Assembly: GCA_965221895.1 (NCBI GenBank)
Contig: CBDCSX010000002.1
Coordinates: forward strand, 1,595,366-1,659,365
DNA: 64,000 nucleotides
Direction of reading: 5' to 3'
From: Dehalococcoidia bacterium
Lineage (GTDB): Bacteria; Chloroflexota; Dehalococcoidia; Lucifugimonadales; GCA-2712585
Of the stretch, positions 1-9,466 are shown piece after piece. The notes below the pieces were generated by a model, which saw only the letters and a program-made list of their open reading frames with translations, had not been told where the DNA came from and ran no database searches. The position numbers and the translations under genes are program-made. Positions within the stretch are counted from its first letter, which is position 1. Each line of letters begins with the position of its first letter.

Positions 1-19
1 GCCCAGATTATACTCGATG

Positions 20-480
20 GGGAGCGAGGGAAGGGATGGGTTCCCGCCCTCGTCTGCACGAGGGCAGGCTCTCCGCGGGAACAACGGAGGTGGAGGGGGG
101 CGGGATGACATGTGGGTGGCGCAAGGGGGATGGGTCCCCGCATCCGCGAGGACACAGGAGGGGGAGGAGTTCCCGCCTCCGTCTTCACGAGGGCAGGCTC
201 TGTGCGGGGACGACGGAGGTGGGGGCGCGGGATGACATGTGGGTGGCGGAAGGGGGATGGGTCCCCGCATCCGCGAGGACACAGGAGGGGGAGGAGTTCC
301 CGCCCTCGTCTGCACGAGGGCAGGCTCTCTGCGGGAACAACGGAGGTGGAGGGGGGCGGGATGACATGTGGGTGACGGAAGGGGGATGGGTCCCCGCATC
401 CGCGGGGACACAGGAGGGGGAGGAGTTCCCGCATCCGTCTTCACGAGGGCAGGCTATGCGCGAGGACACGGGAGGGGGAG
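20..480. repeat. Tandem minisatellite with a ~124-bp G-rich unit, ~3.7 copies (units begin near 46, 170, 296, 424). The array runs to the window edge and so may be longer.
   Basis: Direct reading: 'ttcccgccYYcgtctKcacgagggcaggctct..gcggg.ac.acggaggtgg.gg.gcgggatgacatgtgggtg.cg.aagggggatgggtccccgcatccgcg.ggacacaggagggggaggag' recurs with a few substitutions per copy. The overlapping ORFs (17..235, 36..572, 112..375, 185..469) are artefacts of the repeat. Confidence 0.8.
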
Positions 481-504
481 GCTTTCACCCCCATCCTGGC
501 CTTC

Positions 505-570
505 CCCCTCAAGGGGGGAGGGCGGTTCGCGAACCGCCCCTACAAAGAGGGGGGGCGGGCGGAAGGGGTT
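505..570. repeat. REP-like element: a 20-bp perfect palindrome GGGCGGTTCGCGAACCGCCC (524-543) flanked by G/C runs. It is copy 1 of 3 in the window.
   Basis: The same palindrome plus a 'cctacMagaGGGGGGG' tail recurs at ~38199-38232 and ~39009-39040. Confidence 0.7.
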
Positions 571-1141
571 AGCCGTTGCCTCGACGGTTTTGGGCCTCCA
601 TCCTGGCCAGAATGTCCCGGATCTCCGCCAACAGCTCGTTGGCAACGGTCGGCGTTGCAGCGAGAGCAGCGGCGGCGGGCGTCGATTCGACGACGCCCTC
701 CAGCACCAGCTGGCGCTGGCGAAGGATCTCGTCCCGGAAGGCAACGGCGTCAACCACACCTATGAGGTCTCCCTCGCTGCCGGCGTTCTGCCCCGACTGG
801 CCCGCCGTCTCGACCTTCAAGCCCCTCACTCCGCAGAAACGCATCCAGGGGTCGTCGTGCAGGCGCACGTCCGTCACACGGTTCAGAGGAATGGTGGCTT
901 CTTTTCGGAAGAAGACCCCTTTGTTTACCTGGACTGCGTTGGTGGTGAGACGGGCGGACATTCGCCTCAGGCTTTCGGGGGCGTACCAACGACAGAACAG
1001 CAGCCCAAAGGGGATCAAGGGGATGCCAACGACGCTGATTATCATGAAAAATATAACCACCCCGGTGGTGTGCTTCTTCACCATGGGGTCGAATTCGGCT
1101 TCCTGAATGGTTTCGCCTGTAACGTCCGTGAAACCAGTCAT
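569..1141 (-). CDS. Bacterial PH-domain (bPH_2 / YdbS-YdbT-like) membrane protein
   Basis: N-terminal hydrophobic segment followed by the typical 'ATIPLNRVTDVRL...DDPWMRFCGVRGLKVETAG' PH-like core. The start was moved to the ATG at 1141, which is preceded by AAGGAG. Confidence 0.6.
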   Translation of the reverse strand: MTGFTDVTGETIQEAEFDPMVKKHTTGVVIFFMIISVVGIPLIPFGLLFCRWYAPESLRRMSARLTTNAVQVNKGVFFRKEATIPLNRVTDVRLHDDPWMRFCGVRGLKVETAGQSGQNAGSEGDLIGVVDAVAFRDEILRQRQLVLEGVVESTPAAAALAATPTVANELLAEIRDILARMEAQNRRGNG

Positions 1142-1210
1142 TTGGGGACTCCTTACAGAGGTGTGGGTCCGAATCAAGACGAATGGAACAGCCCAAGTCG
1201 AGGGCCGGCG

Positions 1211-2044
1211 TTAATACATGAGAGCGCCGCCGGCCACGGGTAGCGAGACGCCAGTGAGATAGTCCGACTGGTCGGAAGCTAGGAAGGCGGCCGCGTCGGC
1301 TACGTCTGCGCCTTGGGCCACCCGGCCCAGGGGTATGGCCTTGGCCCGTTCTGCAAACATGCGGGCGCGGTACTCCTCCGCCGTCTCGCCTTCTGACGCC
1401 AAGGCCGCCGCAATCCCCGAGATTCTCTCCGTATCCACCAGCCCGGGGCAGATGGCGTTGACGTTTATGCCGTGGGGCGCAAGCTCCAGGGCCAGGGATT
1501 GGGTGAAGCCGATGAGGGCAAACTTAGAGGTGCAGTAGGCGGCGTACCGGGCTATGCCCTGCTTGCCCGCGCCTGACGAGATGACGATTATTTTTCCCCG
1601 TTGGCCAGCGCGAAGCATTTGCCGCGCCACGGCCCGAGAGCATAGGAACGTGCCTTTGACGTTGACGCGCTGCACCATGTCCCAGGCATCTTCCTCCAGC
1701 TCCACCACAGGTACACGGTCAGGACCCGCCGCCGAACCGGCGTTGTTGACCAAGATGTCTATGGGGCCTAAACGCTCGGAGGCTTCGCGTACCATGTCGT
1801 CCACTTGGCTGGCGTCGGAGACGTCGGCGATGATGCTCATTGACCGGCGGCCCAGGCTTTGAATCTCTTCTACGACGCTGTCCACGCCGCGCCATGCGAC
1901 GGCGCCACCGTGAGGGTTGGACTTTACGTCATTGACCACCACGTCGGCCCCTTCTTGGGCCAGACGAACGGCTATGGCCCGCCCGATGCCATGCTGTCCT
2001 CCTGCGCCGGTGACAAGGGCAACTTTACCTTCCAGGTTATACAT
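1211..2044 (-). CDS. SDR family NAD(P)-dependent oxidoreductase (FabG-like)
   Basis: TGAGGQHGIGRA Rossmann motif, NNAG, and catalytic Y-x3-K (YCTSK). Confidence 0.8.
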   Translation of the reverse strand: MYNLEGKVALVTGAGGQHGIGRAIAVRLAQEGADVVVNDVKSNPHGGAVAWRGVDSVVEEIQSLGRRSMSIIADVSDASQVDDMVREASERLGPIDILVNNAGSAAGPDRVPVVELEEDAWDMVQRVNVKGTFLCSRAVARQMLRAGQRGKIIVISSGAGKQGIARYAAYCTSKFALIGFTQSLALELAPHGINVNAICPGLVDTERISGIAAALASEGETAEEYRARMFAERAKAIPLGRVAQGADVADAAAFLASDQSDYLTGVSLPVAGGALMY

Positions 2045-2052
2045 TTCAGATC

Positions 2053-2451
2053 CTACCAGTGGCCATGAGTTTGACAGGCGTTCCTGAATGTTACACCTTC
2101 GGGGTATAACTCATCAAACGGGAGCAGGGCTGCGCCCGCACGATAGGGCGGTGTGGTGATTGCTCGAGCTAGGGCTGCGCCGGCTTCCTTAACGGGCGGT
2201 TCAGCACCAACCAGGAACAGTAATCCATCCATTAGCCGCTCCAGTGCCTCCACCTGCGATATTCTGCCATCTTCGAGGTCAGTCAAAACTCTCCGTACAA
2301 TTGAACAACCCTGAGCGCCGTAGTATGCGGGAGGAGGGGGAGTTGCCGTTGACGTGGGAGGCGACGTAGCCGGTTGTCCGCCGCAGGCCAAAACCGCAGC
2401 GACGAGCGCCGCTGTCACTAGAACCAGAGTCGCGCACTGCAGTTTGGGCAT
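2053..2451 (-). CDS. Small secreted lipoprotein, hypothetical. The start was taken at MPKLQC; the upstream ORF extension is probably spurious.
   Basis: Signal peptide 'MPKLQCATLVLVTAALVAAVLACGG' with a lipobox, followed by a Pro/Thr-rich stretch. Confidence 0.4.
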   Translation of the reverse strand: MPKLQCATLVLVTAALVAAVLACGGQPATSPPTSTATPPPPAYYGAQGCSIVRRVLTDLEDGRISQVEALERLMDGLLFLVGAEPPVKEAGAALARAITTPPYRAGAALLPFDELYPEGVTFRNACQTHGHW

Positions 2452-2477
2452 TGCGGTACGGCGAAGGCGGGAGGGTC

Positions 2478-3386
2478 TTACATCATCCGCTCGATGATCT
2501 TCTGGGACTGCTCCTTGGTGATGCCCAGGGGGCGGAAGCCCAACGGCCCGCCTTCTTTCAGCACCGGCTCCTGGCCGTGGAGGGTTGGGGCCTGCCTCTG
2601 GAGAAACACGCCGGTATAGATCGTGTCGCCCCACAACATTGCCTTCTCGCAGGCGGCCTTCCAATCGCTGGTGTCGTGTCCTTCGTCCTCCAGCTTCTTG
2701 ACCCGGGTCTTGAAGAAGGGGTGGGTATTGTCCTTATTAAAAGTGACGCAGGGACTAAACACGTCGATAAGGGAGAACCCCTTGTGCTGCATGCCCTGGA
2801 CGATCATCTCGGTTTGGTGGCGGATGTCTCCACTGTAGGCGCGGGCCACAAAAGTAGCACCGTTCATGATAGCCCCGGTGATGGGATTGATGGGGGGCTC
2901 GACACTGCCGAAGGGGGTACTCTTGGTCTTCATACCCTCGGTGCTGGTGGGGGAAATTTGGCCGGTGGTAAGGCCATAGATCTGGTTGTTCATCACCACC
3001 ATGGTGAGGTCCACGTTGCGGCGGGCGGTGTGAACAAAGTGGTTGCCGCCGATGCCGTAGCCGTCCCCATCGCCGGTGGTGACGACGACGTTCATTTCGT
3101 GGTTGCCCATCTTTGCCCCCGTGGCCACGGCCAGGGAACGGCCGTGGAGGGTGTGCATACCATAGGCATTGACATAACCGGGTAGGTTGGAAGAGCAGCC
3201 TATGCCGCTAATGACGAGTAGCTCGTGGGGACGTAAGCCCATTTCGGCAAAGGCCCGCTGGAGGCTGTTGAGCACTCCAAAGTCGCCACAGCCCGGACAC
3301 CAGTCGGGAGTGACTGGGCCACGAAAGTCTCTGGCAGTCAGCTTGCGGGCAGGCTTGCCTGTCGCGATATCTACTACGGTTGTCAT
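2478..3386 (-). CDS. korB: 2-oxoacid:ferredoxin oxidoreductase, beta (TPP-binding) subunit
   Basis: TPP-binding 'GDGDGYGIGGNH' region and conserved 'GCSSN' motif. It sits immediately downstream of the alpha subunit and is preceded by an AAGAGGTGA RBS. Confidence 0.85.
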   Translation of the reverse strand: MTTVVDIATGKPARKLTARDFRGPVTPDWCPGCGDFGVLNSLQRAFAEMGLRPHELLVISGIGCSSNLPGYVNAYGMHTLHGRSLAVATGAKMGNHEMNVVVTTGDGDGYGIGGNHFVHTARRNVDLTMVVMNNQIYGLTTGQISPTSTEGMKTKSTPFGSVEPPINPITGAIMNGATFVARAYSGDIRHQTEMIVQGMQHKGFSLIDVFSPCVTFNKDNTHPFFKTRVKKLEDEGHDTSDWKAACEKAMLWGDTIYTGVFLQRQAPTLHGQEPVLKEGGPLGFRPLGITKEQSQKIIERMM

Positions 3387-3398
3387 CCTATCACCTCT

Positions 3399-5180
3399 TT
3401 AGACTATTACTTCCTGATACGGCACATGAATATCGGTGGCGCCGCTGAGAATCTCCATAATGCCCTCGGTAACGTGGTGGGGCATGAAAGGCTCTCCGTC
3501 GTACTTGCGCACGTGGCCATCCACGGAGAGGCCCGTCTCACTGCGCAAGTACCGGTAGAACTGGCCGGAGTAGTTGTTCTCGACCATGATGGTCTTCTTT
3601 GATTTGGAGAAGATTTCGACAATTTCGTCGCCCATCAAGGGGACTATCCACTTGATTGGCAGGTGGTTGGCAGTGACACCCCTCTCCGCCAATTGCGGGA
3701 TGGCCTCTTTAATGACGCCGTAGGTGGAACCCCAGCCGACGATGGTCACGTCGGCGTCTTCGGGGCCTTCCAGTTCCGGGGCGGGAACCAGTTTAGACAA
3801 TAGCTGGAACTTACGCGCCCGCTTCTCCACCATCTTGCGACGCTTGTGGGGATGGGTAAACTCGTCGCTGATGAGGATTGAATCCTCGTCATGCTCGTCG
3901 GTGGCCACCACGTGGGTGTAGCCTTCCAGACCAGGGAGCGCCCGGGGCGAAACGCCAGTCTCAGTGTTGAGATAGCGCTTGTAGCCGTTGGGGGCGGCGG
4001 GTTCGGTAATGATTTCGCCACGGTCTATGACGGGCTGCATGTTAAGGGTGTCGGGGTCGAAGCTGAACCGGCCCTCGCCAATGACCAGGTCGGAAATGAC
4101 GATGCCGGGGCACTGGGCCTTGTCCACCAGGTTGAAAAGCTCCGGCATGGTGTTAAAGGCGTCAAGGGCGTCTATGGGAGCAACTATAAATCGCTCGAAG
4201 TCGCCCTGGCTGGCGCCCAAAACCTGCCATAGGTCGCCTTGTTCCGACTTTGTGGGGACGCCGGTGGACGGTCCTGCGCGCATGACGTCGATAAAGACTA
4301 CGGGAATCTCCATCATGCCGGCGCTGCCTATCGCCTCCGTCATAAGTGCGAAGCCGCCGCCGGAGGTGGCGCACATGGCGCGGCAGCCGGTGTGGGCCGC
4401 ACCGATGGTCATGTTGGCCACGCCGATTTCGTCCTCGACCTGCCGCACCATTATGCCTAACATGCGGGCGTAGGCCGCCATCCAGTGAAGAACCCCTGTT
4501 GAGGGGCTCATTGGGTACGCTGCGTAGAACTTGACGCCGGCGGCCGCGCCGCCCATTGCGACAGCGTCGTTGCCCGCCCAGACTGCCAGGGGCTTCTCGC
4601 CCACGGGGGCGGGCGGGTCGTAGGGCGCGAAGTTTTCCACCGCGTACTCATAGCCGGCCCGGGCAAACTTCACGTTTTCGTCCACCACCGCCTGGCCATG
4701 ACGCGCGAACCGCAGGTTGAGGCTGTCTTCGAGGGTCTGGAAGTCAAGCCCCAGCATGTACATGATGGAGCCCACGGCCACGGTGTTCTGGATAAGCCGG
4801 TTCCTGCTGCCGCCTGTCAGGTGGGAGATGGGCAACGCGCAAATCTGGACGCCCTCCTGGGCATCGTTCACCTTAATGCGGTCGCCGTTGAAGACGATGC
4901 TGGAGCCCGGCCCCATGAGACCCACGTGCCGGTCGGCGGTGTCCTGGTTCAGACACAGTAGAAGGTCCAGCTTGTCTCCATGAGTCAGCACTTCCTCCTC
5001 CCCCACTCGCATGGTGAGGAAGATGTGGCCGCCACGAATGATGGACTGATAGGCGTTGTAGGTGTAGAGGTGAAGGCCGCGGCGCACAAAGACCCGGGCC
5101 AGAATGTCGCCCGGGGTGGCGATGCCCTGACCGGCCTCGCCGCCAATAGCCATGGCGAAATCGAACTTCCCTGAACTCAT
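3399..5180 (-). CDS. korA: 2-oxoacid:ferredoxin oxidoreductase, alpha subunit (2-oxoglutarate/pyruvate type)
   Basis: Length and conserved OFOR alpha domains (pyruvate-flavodoxin oxidoreductase N-terminal and transketolase-like). The start was set at MSSGKFDF, preceded by a GAAGGAG RBS. Confidence 0.85.
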   Translation of the reverse strand: MSSGKFDFAMAIGGEAGQGIATPGDILARVFVRRGLHLYTYNAYQSIIRGGHIFLTMRVGEEEVLTHGDKLDLLLCLNQDTADRHVGLMGPGSSIVFNGDRIKVNDAQEGVQICALPISHLTGGSRNRLIQNTVAVGSIMYMLGLDFQTLEDSLNLRFARHGQAVVDENVKFARAGYEYAVENFAPYDPPAPVGEKPLAVWAGNDAVAMGGAAAGVKFYAAYPMSPSTGVLHWMAAYARMLGIMVRQVEDEIGVANMTIGAAHTGCRAMCATSGGGFALMTEAIGSAGMMEIPVVFIDVMRAGPSTGVPTKSEQGDLWQVLGASQGDFERFIVAPIDALDAFNTMPELFNLVDKAQCPGIVISDLVIGEGRFSFDPDTLNMQPVIDRGEIITEPAAPNGYKRYLNTETGVSPRALPGLEGYTHVVATDEHDEDSILISDEFTHPHKRRKMVEKRARKFQLLSKLVPAPELEGPEDADVTIVGWGSTYGVIKEAIPQLAERGVTANHLPIKWIVPLMGDEIVEIFSKSKKTIMVENNYSGQFYRYLRSETGLSVDGHVRKYDGEPFMPHHVTEGIMEILSGATDIHVPYQEVIV

Positions 5181-5271
5181 TAGGCTGCTCCTTCTTACTT
5201 GGTGGGCCCTACGGCCTTGCGGCGACGGAACGGCGCAAGTTGCCGGCTCATATAGGGAAGGGCCCCGATTC

Positions 5272-5287
5272 TGTTGTACATACAACA
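5272..5287. promoter_or_regulatory. Candidate operator palindrome TGTTGTA-CA-TACAACA in the korAB upstream region
   Basis: 7-bp perfect inverted arms lying ~90 bp upstream of the korA start on the minus strand. Confidence 0.25.
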
Positions 5288-5560
5288 CTTCCGTCGGCGG
5301 CGCAAATAATAGAGGCGGGCCGGATTGGCCCCCCATTGAGCCGCAGTATATCTATTGTCAACAAGGAAGTATAGCGTTACCCGTTGCCGTAGGCAACCTT
5401 GAGAGATACTATAGCTTGGGAATCGGGCATTGGGCGACGGTGGTTGCCGCCTCATCCAACCCCAACCGATACTCACATATCTTAGATTCTTGGGAACAAT
5501 CAGCAAGGCTCGGATACTAACATTACAGTTCAGAATGCGCGAAAGTGAAAATAGACTGCG

Positions 5561-5788
5561 ATGAAACGGAAACTTACCATCATCGTGGACACCGAGTTAA
5601 TTTCGATGGCCAAGCGGTATGCCCGCACACGTGGCGTCTCCCTTTCGTCGCTGGTAGAGCAGTCGCTTAGAGAGATGACGAGAGGGGAAACGCCATCCTT
5701 CTCCTCTCGTTGGCGCGGCAAGTTTCAGGCAGCCCAGTGCAAAGACGACCCACGATACGATGCGTTAGCCAAAAAATACCTCCAATGA
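5561..5788 (+). CDS. Type II antitoxin (VapB-like / DUF6364-type) whose toxin partner is only a stub
   Basis: 'KLTIIVDTELISMAKRYARTRGVSLSSLVEQSLREM' is an antitoxin-type N-terminus. ATGA overlap with the downstream PIN stub. Confidence 0.55.
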   Translation: MKRKLTIIVDTELISMAKRYARTRGVSLSSLVEQSLREMTRGETPSFSSRWRGKFQAAQCKDDPRYDALAKKYLQ

Positions 5789-5880
5789 TTCTTTTGGACA
5801 CCGACGTGCTTATAGACGTCGCCCTCAACAGGCATCCTTATTCGGAATCGGCTTCGGAGCTTCTGGACGGTATGGAGTAA
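5785..5880 (+). pseudogene. Truncated VapC (PIN-domain) toxin remnant of ~31 codons
   Basis: Translation 'MILLDTDVLIDVALNRHPYSESASELLDGME*' is a canonical VapC N-terminus ending at a TAA. The terminator and the next gene follow with no PIN-domain continuation in any frame. Confidence 0.6.
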
Positions 5881-5900
5881 GGGCTCGGCGCAGCATCTGT

Positions 5901-5938
5901 CCCAAAAAGATAGGGGCCGGTTTGAAACCGGCCCCTAT
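5901..5938 (-). terminator. Rho-independent terminator for glnII (minus strand), also usable from the plus strand
   Basis: Perfect hairpin 'ataggggccgg-tttgaaa-ccggcccctat' followed on the minus strand by TCTTTTTGGG. Confidence 0.65.
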
Positions 5939-5965
5939 TGAATGGCTCTGAATGTCTAGGCGGGA

Positions 5966-7021
5966 CTATTCGTCTCCGTTGTATCTCACGCCGCAGATGG
6001 TCTCCATGACCAAACGGGTGACGACGTAGGGGTCCATGTTGGCGTTGGGCCGCCGGTCTTCGATGTATCCCTTCTGGTCATGGTGCACCTGCCAGGGAAT
6101 GCGCACCGACGCGCCCCTGTCCGACACGCCGTATCGGAATTCCTTGTAGGAGCAGGTCTCGTGCAGCCCGGTGAGCCGCTCTTCGATGCCATAGCCGTAG
6201 TTTTCAATATGGACTTCGTGGCGGGTGCCCAGGGCCTCCGCCGCGTCGATGCAGGGCTGGTAGCTGTGGCGCATCTCCCTGGTGGAGAAATTGGTATGAG
6301 CGCCGGCGCCGTTCCAGTCGCCGCGGGCGGGCTTGGGGTAGAGAGTAGCGTTGATGCCAAAGTCCTCGGCCACCCGGTAGAGGAGCCAACGGGCGAGCCA
6401 GAGCTGGTCGGAGACCTCCACGGCGGGCAAGGGGCCAATCTGAAACTCCCACTGTCCGGGCATAACCTCGGCGTTGATGCCCTCAATCTTCAACCCGGCC
6501 TCCAGGCAAGCCTCCAGGTGAGCCTCCACTACCTCCCGGCCGTGGACCTCGTCGTCGCCCACGCCGCAGTAGTAACCACCCTGGGGCGGGGGATAGCCGG
6601 ACTCCGGGAAGCCCAGAGGTCGAATGCCCTTGAAGAAGGTATACTCCTGCTCGATGCCGAAGATCATTTCGTGTGTTCTAGTCATTTCGGCAACGGCTGC
6701 GCAGGCTGCGCGGGTGTTGCTCGCGTGGGGAGTCAGATCCGTGTTCAGTACCTCGGTCATAACCAGGATGTCTCCACGGTCCCTCTCCAGCAACGTGTCG
6801 AGCTTCTTGCGAACCGGGTCCTTTATGGAGAGAACGGGCCGTATGACGCAATCGGAGTTCGAGCCGACTGCCTGGTTGGTGCTGGAGCCGTCGAAGCCCC
6901 AGATGCCTGGCTGCTCAACTCTCATGCCAACCCTGGTCTTGGAACGGATCTTGGCGGTGGGCTTGGACCCATCTATCCATATATACTCTTCTCTTCGATA
7001 GTCTTCCCTTCTTATCAGCAT
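5966..7021 (-). CDS. glnII: Glutamine synthetase, type II (eukaryote-like GSII)
   Basis: ~350 aa with GSII hallmarks 'EQEYTFF' and 'MPGQWEFQIGP'. Confidence 0.8.
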   Translation of the reverse strand: MLIRREDYRREEYIWIDGSKPTAKIRSKTRVGMRVEQPGIWGFDGSSTNQAVGSNSDCVIRPVLSIKDPVRKKLDTLLERDRGDILVMTEVLNTDLTPHASNTRAACAAVAEMTRTHEMIFGIEQEYTFFKGIRPLGFPESGYPPPQGGYYCGVGDDEVHGREVVEAHLEACLEAGLKIEGINAEVMPGQWEFQIGPLPAVEVSDQLWLARWLLYRVAEDFGINATLYPKPARGDWNGAGAHTNFSTREMRHSYQPCIDAAEALGTRHEVHIENYGYGIEERLTGLHETCSYKEFRYGVSDRGASVRIPWQVHHDQKGYIEDRRPNANMDPYVVTRLVMETICGVRYNGDE

Positions 7022-7560
7022 ATCACCCTTCCAACTCCTTCATTGTTTATCTGCGGCTTACGCGGCGTCATAGGTACGAATCCGTGTGTGGGTATGCCGC
7101 TTCCAGGCACGGGACCCCAACCCTCGTTGCAGGTTGGCAGCAGAGGTCCCGCAACCCATTGGAAACACGCTAAAAATATAGCAGAAAGAGCGTCGCACTT
7201 CAATTTCTTTGGGCGCAGGGTCTATGATACATGGTGTCTCGGAAGGCGGACGGGTGGCAACAGGACAAGGCAGTCTATTGTGAGGGAATCGACGTTATGC
7301 CGTCGCAGCCTGCCGTTTGCAGACGGTTAGGCCTGGCACGGAACCAGCAAACGCGTCGATTGCAGCAGAGGGCCTCAAACCAGCGCGTATTACGCAACTC
7401 TTAATAGAGGCGAGGCTTATTAAGTTTTGGGCCTCAATTCTTAATAAGGGGATCAGGTTGAGCTTGCAGGCTAATGGGCCGCTTCTCATTTGCCAGCTTT
7501 GACACCTTCTGGGGCCGATGGTATATTTCCCTCCGTCCTTCGAACCGCGGCCCGCAGGAG

Positions 7561-8367
7561 TTGGCGTTGCCCCTGAATATCTTCGTACTGGCCAAGCAGG
7601 TCATCGACCCGGAGATGCCCCGTTCCGCCTTCCAGGTGGACCGGGAGAATCGCCGCGTCGTCAGCCCTTCCACCCTGCCGCCGGTGGTGAACGGCTTCGA
7701 CGAAAACGCCGTTGAAGCGGCTCTTCGCATCAAAGACTCCCAAACCGCCGTAATAACCGTCATCTCAATGGGCCAGAACTTCGCCCTGGACGTGATGAAG
7801 AAACCCCTCTCCATGGGCGCCGACAGCCTCGTACTTCTCCAAGACGACGCTTTCGCCAACACGGTGGACAGCTTCGTCGTGGCCCGTATTCTGACGGCGG
7901 CGATAAAGAAGCTCGGCCCCTTCGACCTCATCATCGCAGGACGACAGGCTTCCGACTGGGACAACGCCCAAGTTCCCCTGGCGGTGGCGGAACTGCTGAA
8001 CCTTCCCAGCGTCACCATAGGCAAGAAGGTGGAGGTGGGCGACGGTCGGGTGACTGTGGAGCGCCAGATGCCGGAGGGTACGGAGATTGTAGAGGCCCCC
8101 ATGCCCGCCCTGGTAACGGTGAGCAACGAGTTGGGCCAGCCCCGCTACCCCACCCTGAGGGGCATAATGGCTGCCACTCGCAAGCAGCCCGTTGTCTGGT
8201 CTCTCGGGGATTTGGGATTAGACGCAGGTCAGCTTTCGCCCCAGGTAGAAACGGTTGACCTGTACGTGCCTGTAACGGAAGCCGATTGCGAGTTCATAGA
8301 AGGGGAGGACGCCGCAGACGCGGGCCGGCTGCTGGCCCTCAAGCTCAGGGAGGCCAAGCTCGTCTAA
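7561..8367 (+). CDS. etfB: Electron transfer flavoprotein beta subunit. A TTG start at 7561 was chosen; the longer ORF from 7474 is not protein-like.
   Basis: 'NIFVLAKQVIDPE' N-terminus typical of EtfB/FixA, followed directly by etfA. Confidence 0.75.
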   Translation: MALPLNIFVLAKQVIDPEMPRSAFQVDRENRRVVSPSTLPPVVNGFDENAVEAALRIKDSQTAVITVISMGQNFALDVMKKPLSMGADSLVLLQDDAFANTVDSFVVARILTAAIKKLGPFDLIIAGRQASDWDNAQVPLAVAELLNLPSVTIGKKVEVGDGRVTVERQMPEGTEIVEAPMPALVTVSNELGQPRYPTLRGIMAATRKQPVVWSLGDLGLDAGQLSPQVETVDLYVPVTEADCEFIEGEDAADAGRLLALKLREAKLV

Positions 8368-8385
8368 TGGACAATCGCGAGTTGA

Positions 8386-9387
8386 ATGGTTATGTCTGAA
8401 TCTGCAGGCGTTCTGGTTCTCGCCGAAATGGATGGCGGCTCCCTTTCGTCCACGGCGGCGGAACTTCTTGCCGCGGGACGCGAGGTGTCGGAAGGGCTGG
8501 GCTTGTCCCTTTCCCTTGCCGTGTCGGGAAGCGACGTCGGGCCGGCAGCGCAGGAAGCCGCAACTCTCGGGGCGCATCGTGTTTACGCTGTGGAGGACGA
8601 GCTTCTGACCGGCTACCCCCCGGAGCTTGTCCTGGAGACGTGGTCACAGATATGCAGACAGACCAATCCTACTGTAGTCTTGATCGCCAGGACCACGGCA
8701 GGCCGGGATCTTGCGCCGCGGCTGGCGGTCCGGCTGGGCGTGGGGTTGGCCCAAGACTGCCTGGAAGTCACCGTCGACGAAGCGTCGGGGCGAATGATTG
8801 CTCACCGTCCCGTCTACGGCGGCAATGCCATGGCCGCCGTGGTGTGCAACGGAACGCCCCATATGGCGTGCATCCGTCCTAAGGCATACGAACCTTTGGA
8901 ACCGGATGATTCTCGGACGGCGGAGGTTATTCCTCTCAGCGTTTCCCTGGATGACTCTATGGCGAGGGTGAAGCTGGTGGAGCGGGTTGCGGAGGAGTCG
9001 GAGGGGGTGCAGCTGGAATCGGCCAAGATAGTCGTCGCCGGAGGGCGGGGGCTGGGGTCGCCAGCGCCCTTCAAAGACCTGGAGGTCATCGCCGGATTGC
9101 TGGGGGCTGGCGTCGGCGCGTCGCGGGCCGCGGTGGATGCGGGTTGGGTGCCTCCCTCGTGGCAGATAGGGTTGACGGGCAAGACCATTACGGCTGACCT
9201 GTACATAACGGTAGCCATCAGCGGGGCCAGCCAGCACATGGCGGGCTGCTCCGGCTCGAAGGTGATAGTAGCGGTGAACAAGGACGCGGAGGCCAACATC
9301 TTCAAGGAGGCCCGCTACGGAGTGGTGGGCGACTGGCAGAAGGTGCTGCCGAGCTTTACGGAGACGCTGCGGGAGCTTCTGGCTTAA
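8386..9387 (+). CDS. etfA: Electron transfer flavoprotein alpha subunit
   Basis: EtfA/FixB domain order and the C-terminal FAD-binding region 'ITVAISGASQHMAG'. Confidence 0.8.
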   Translation: MVMSESAGVLVLAEMDGGSLSSTAAELLAAGREVSEGLGLSLSLAVSGSDVGPAAQEAATLGAHRVYAVEDELLTGYPPELVLETWSQICRQTNPTVVLIARTTAGRDLAPRLAVRLGVGLAQDCLEVTVDEASGRMIAHRPVYGGNAMAAVVCNGTPHMACIRPKAYEPLEPDDSRTAEVIPLSVSLDDSMARVKLVERVAEESEGVQLESAKIVVAGGRGLGSPAPFKDLEVIAGLLGAGVGASRAAVDAGWVPPSWQIGLTGKTITADLYITVAISGASQHMAGCSGSKVIVAVNKDAEANIFKEARYGVVGDWQKVLPSFTETLRELLA

Positions 9388-9466
9388 ACGGGGGACGGTC
9401 GCCGCGTGGGTGGTGGTGAGGTGGCGCGTAGGTGAAAGGGCTTACCTTGTCCTAGAGAAGTTGTTG

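Noticed and set aside
17-759. ORFs of 72-291 aa overlapping the 124-bp tandem repeat and REP region (17..235, 36..572, 112..375, 185..469, 368..1243, 454..759)
   Set aside because: They have low-complexity Gly/Arg/Pro-rich translations generated by the repeat in multiple frames and overlap each other and the real PH-domain gene on the opposite strand.
2451-2664. N-terminal 71 codons of ORF 2053..2664
   Set aside because: This is an Arg/Pro-rich extension upstream of an obvious signal peptide (MPKLQC...). It was treated as an ORF-caller over-extension and the gene start was moved to 2451.
6080-7330. 416-aa ORF on the plus strand
   Set aside because: It is antisense to the well-supported glnII gene. 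High-GC genomes give long spurious antisense ORFs, and its translation has no protein-like composition.
7022-7330. Glutamine riboswitch (glnA RNA) in the glnII leader
   Set aside because: I could not identify the conserved pseudoknotted core by inspection, so it is left as an open possibility in the findings rather than called as a feature.
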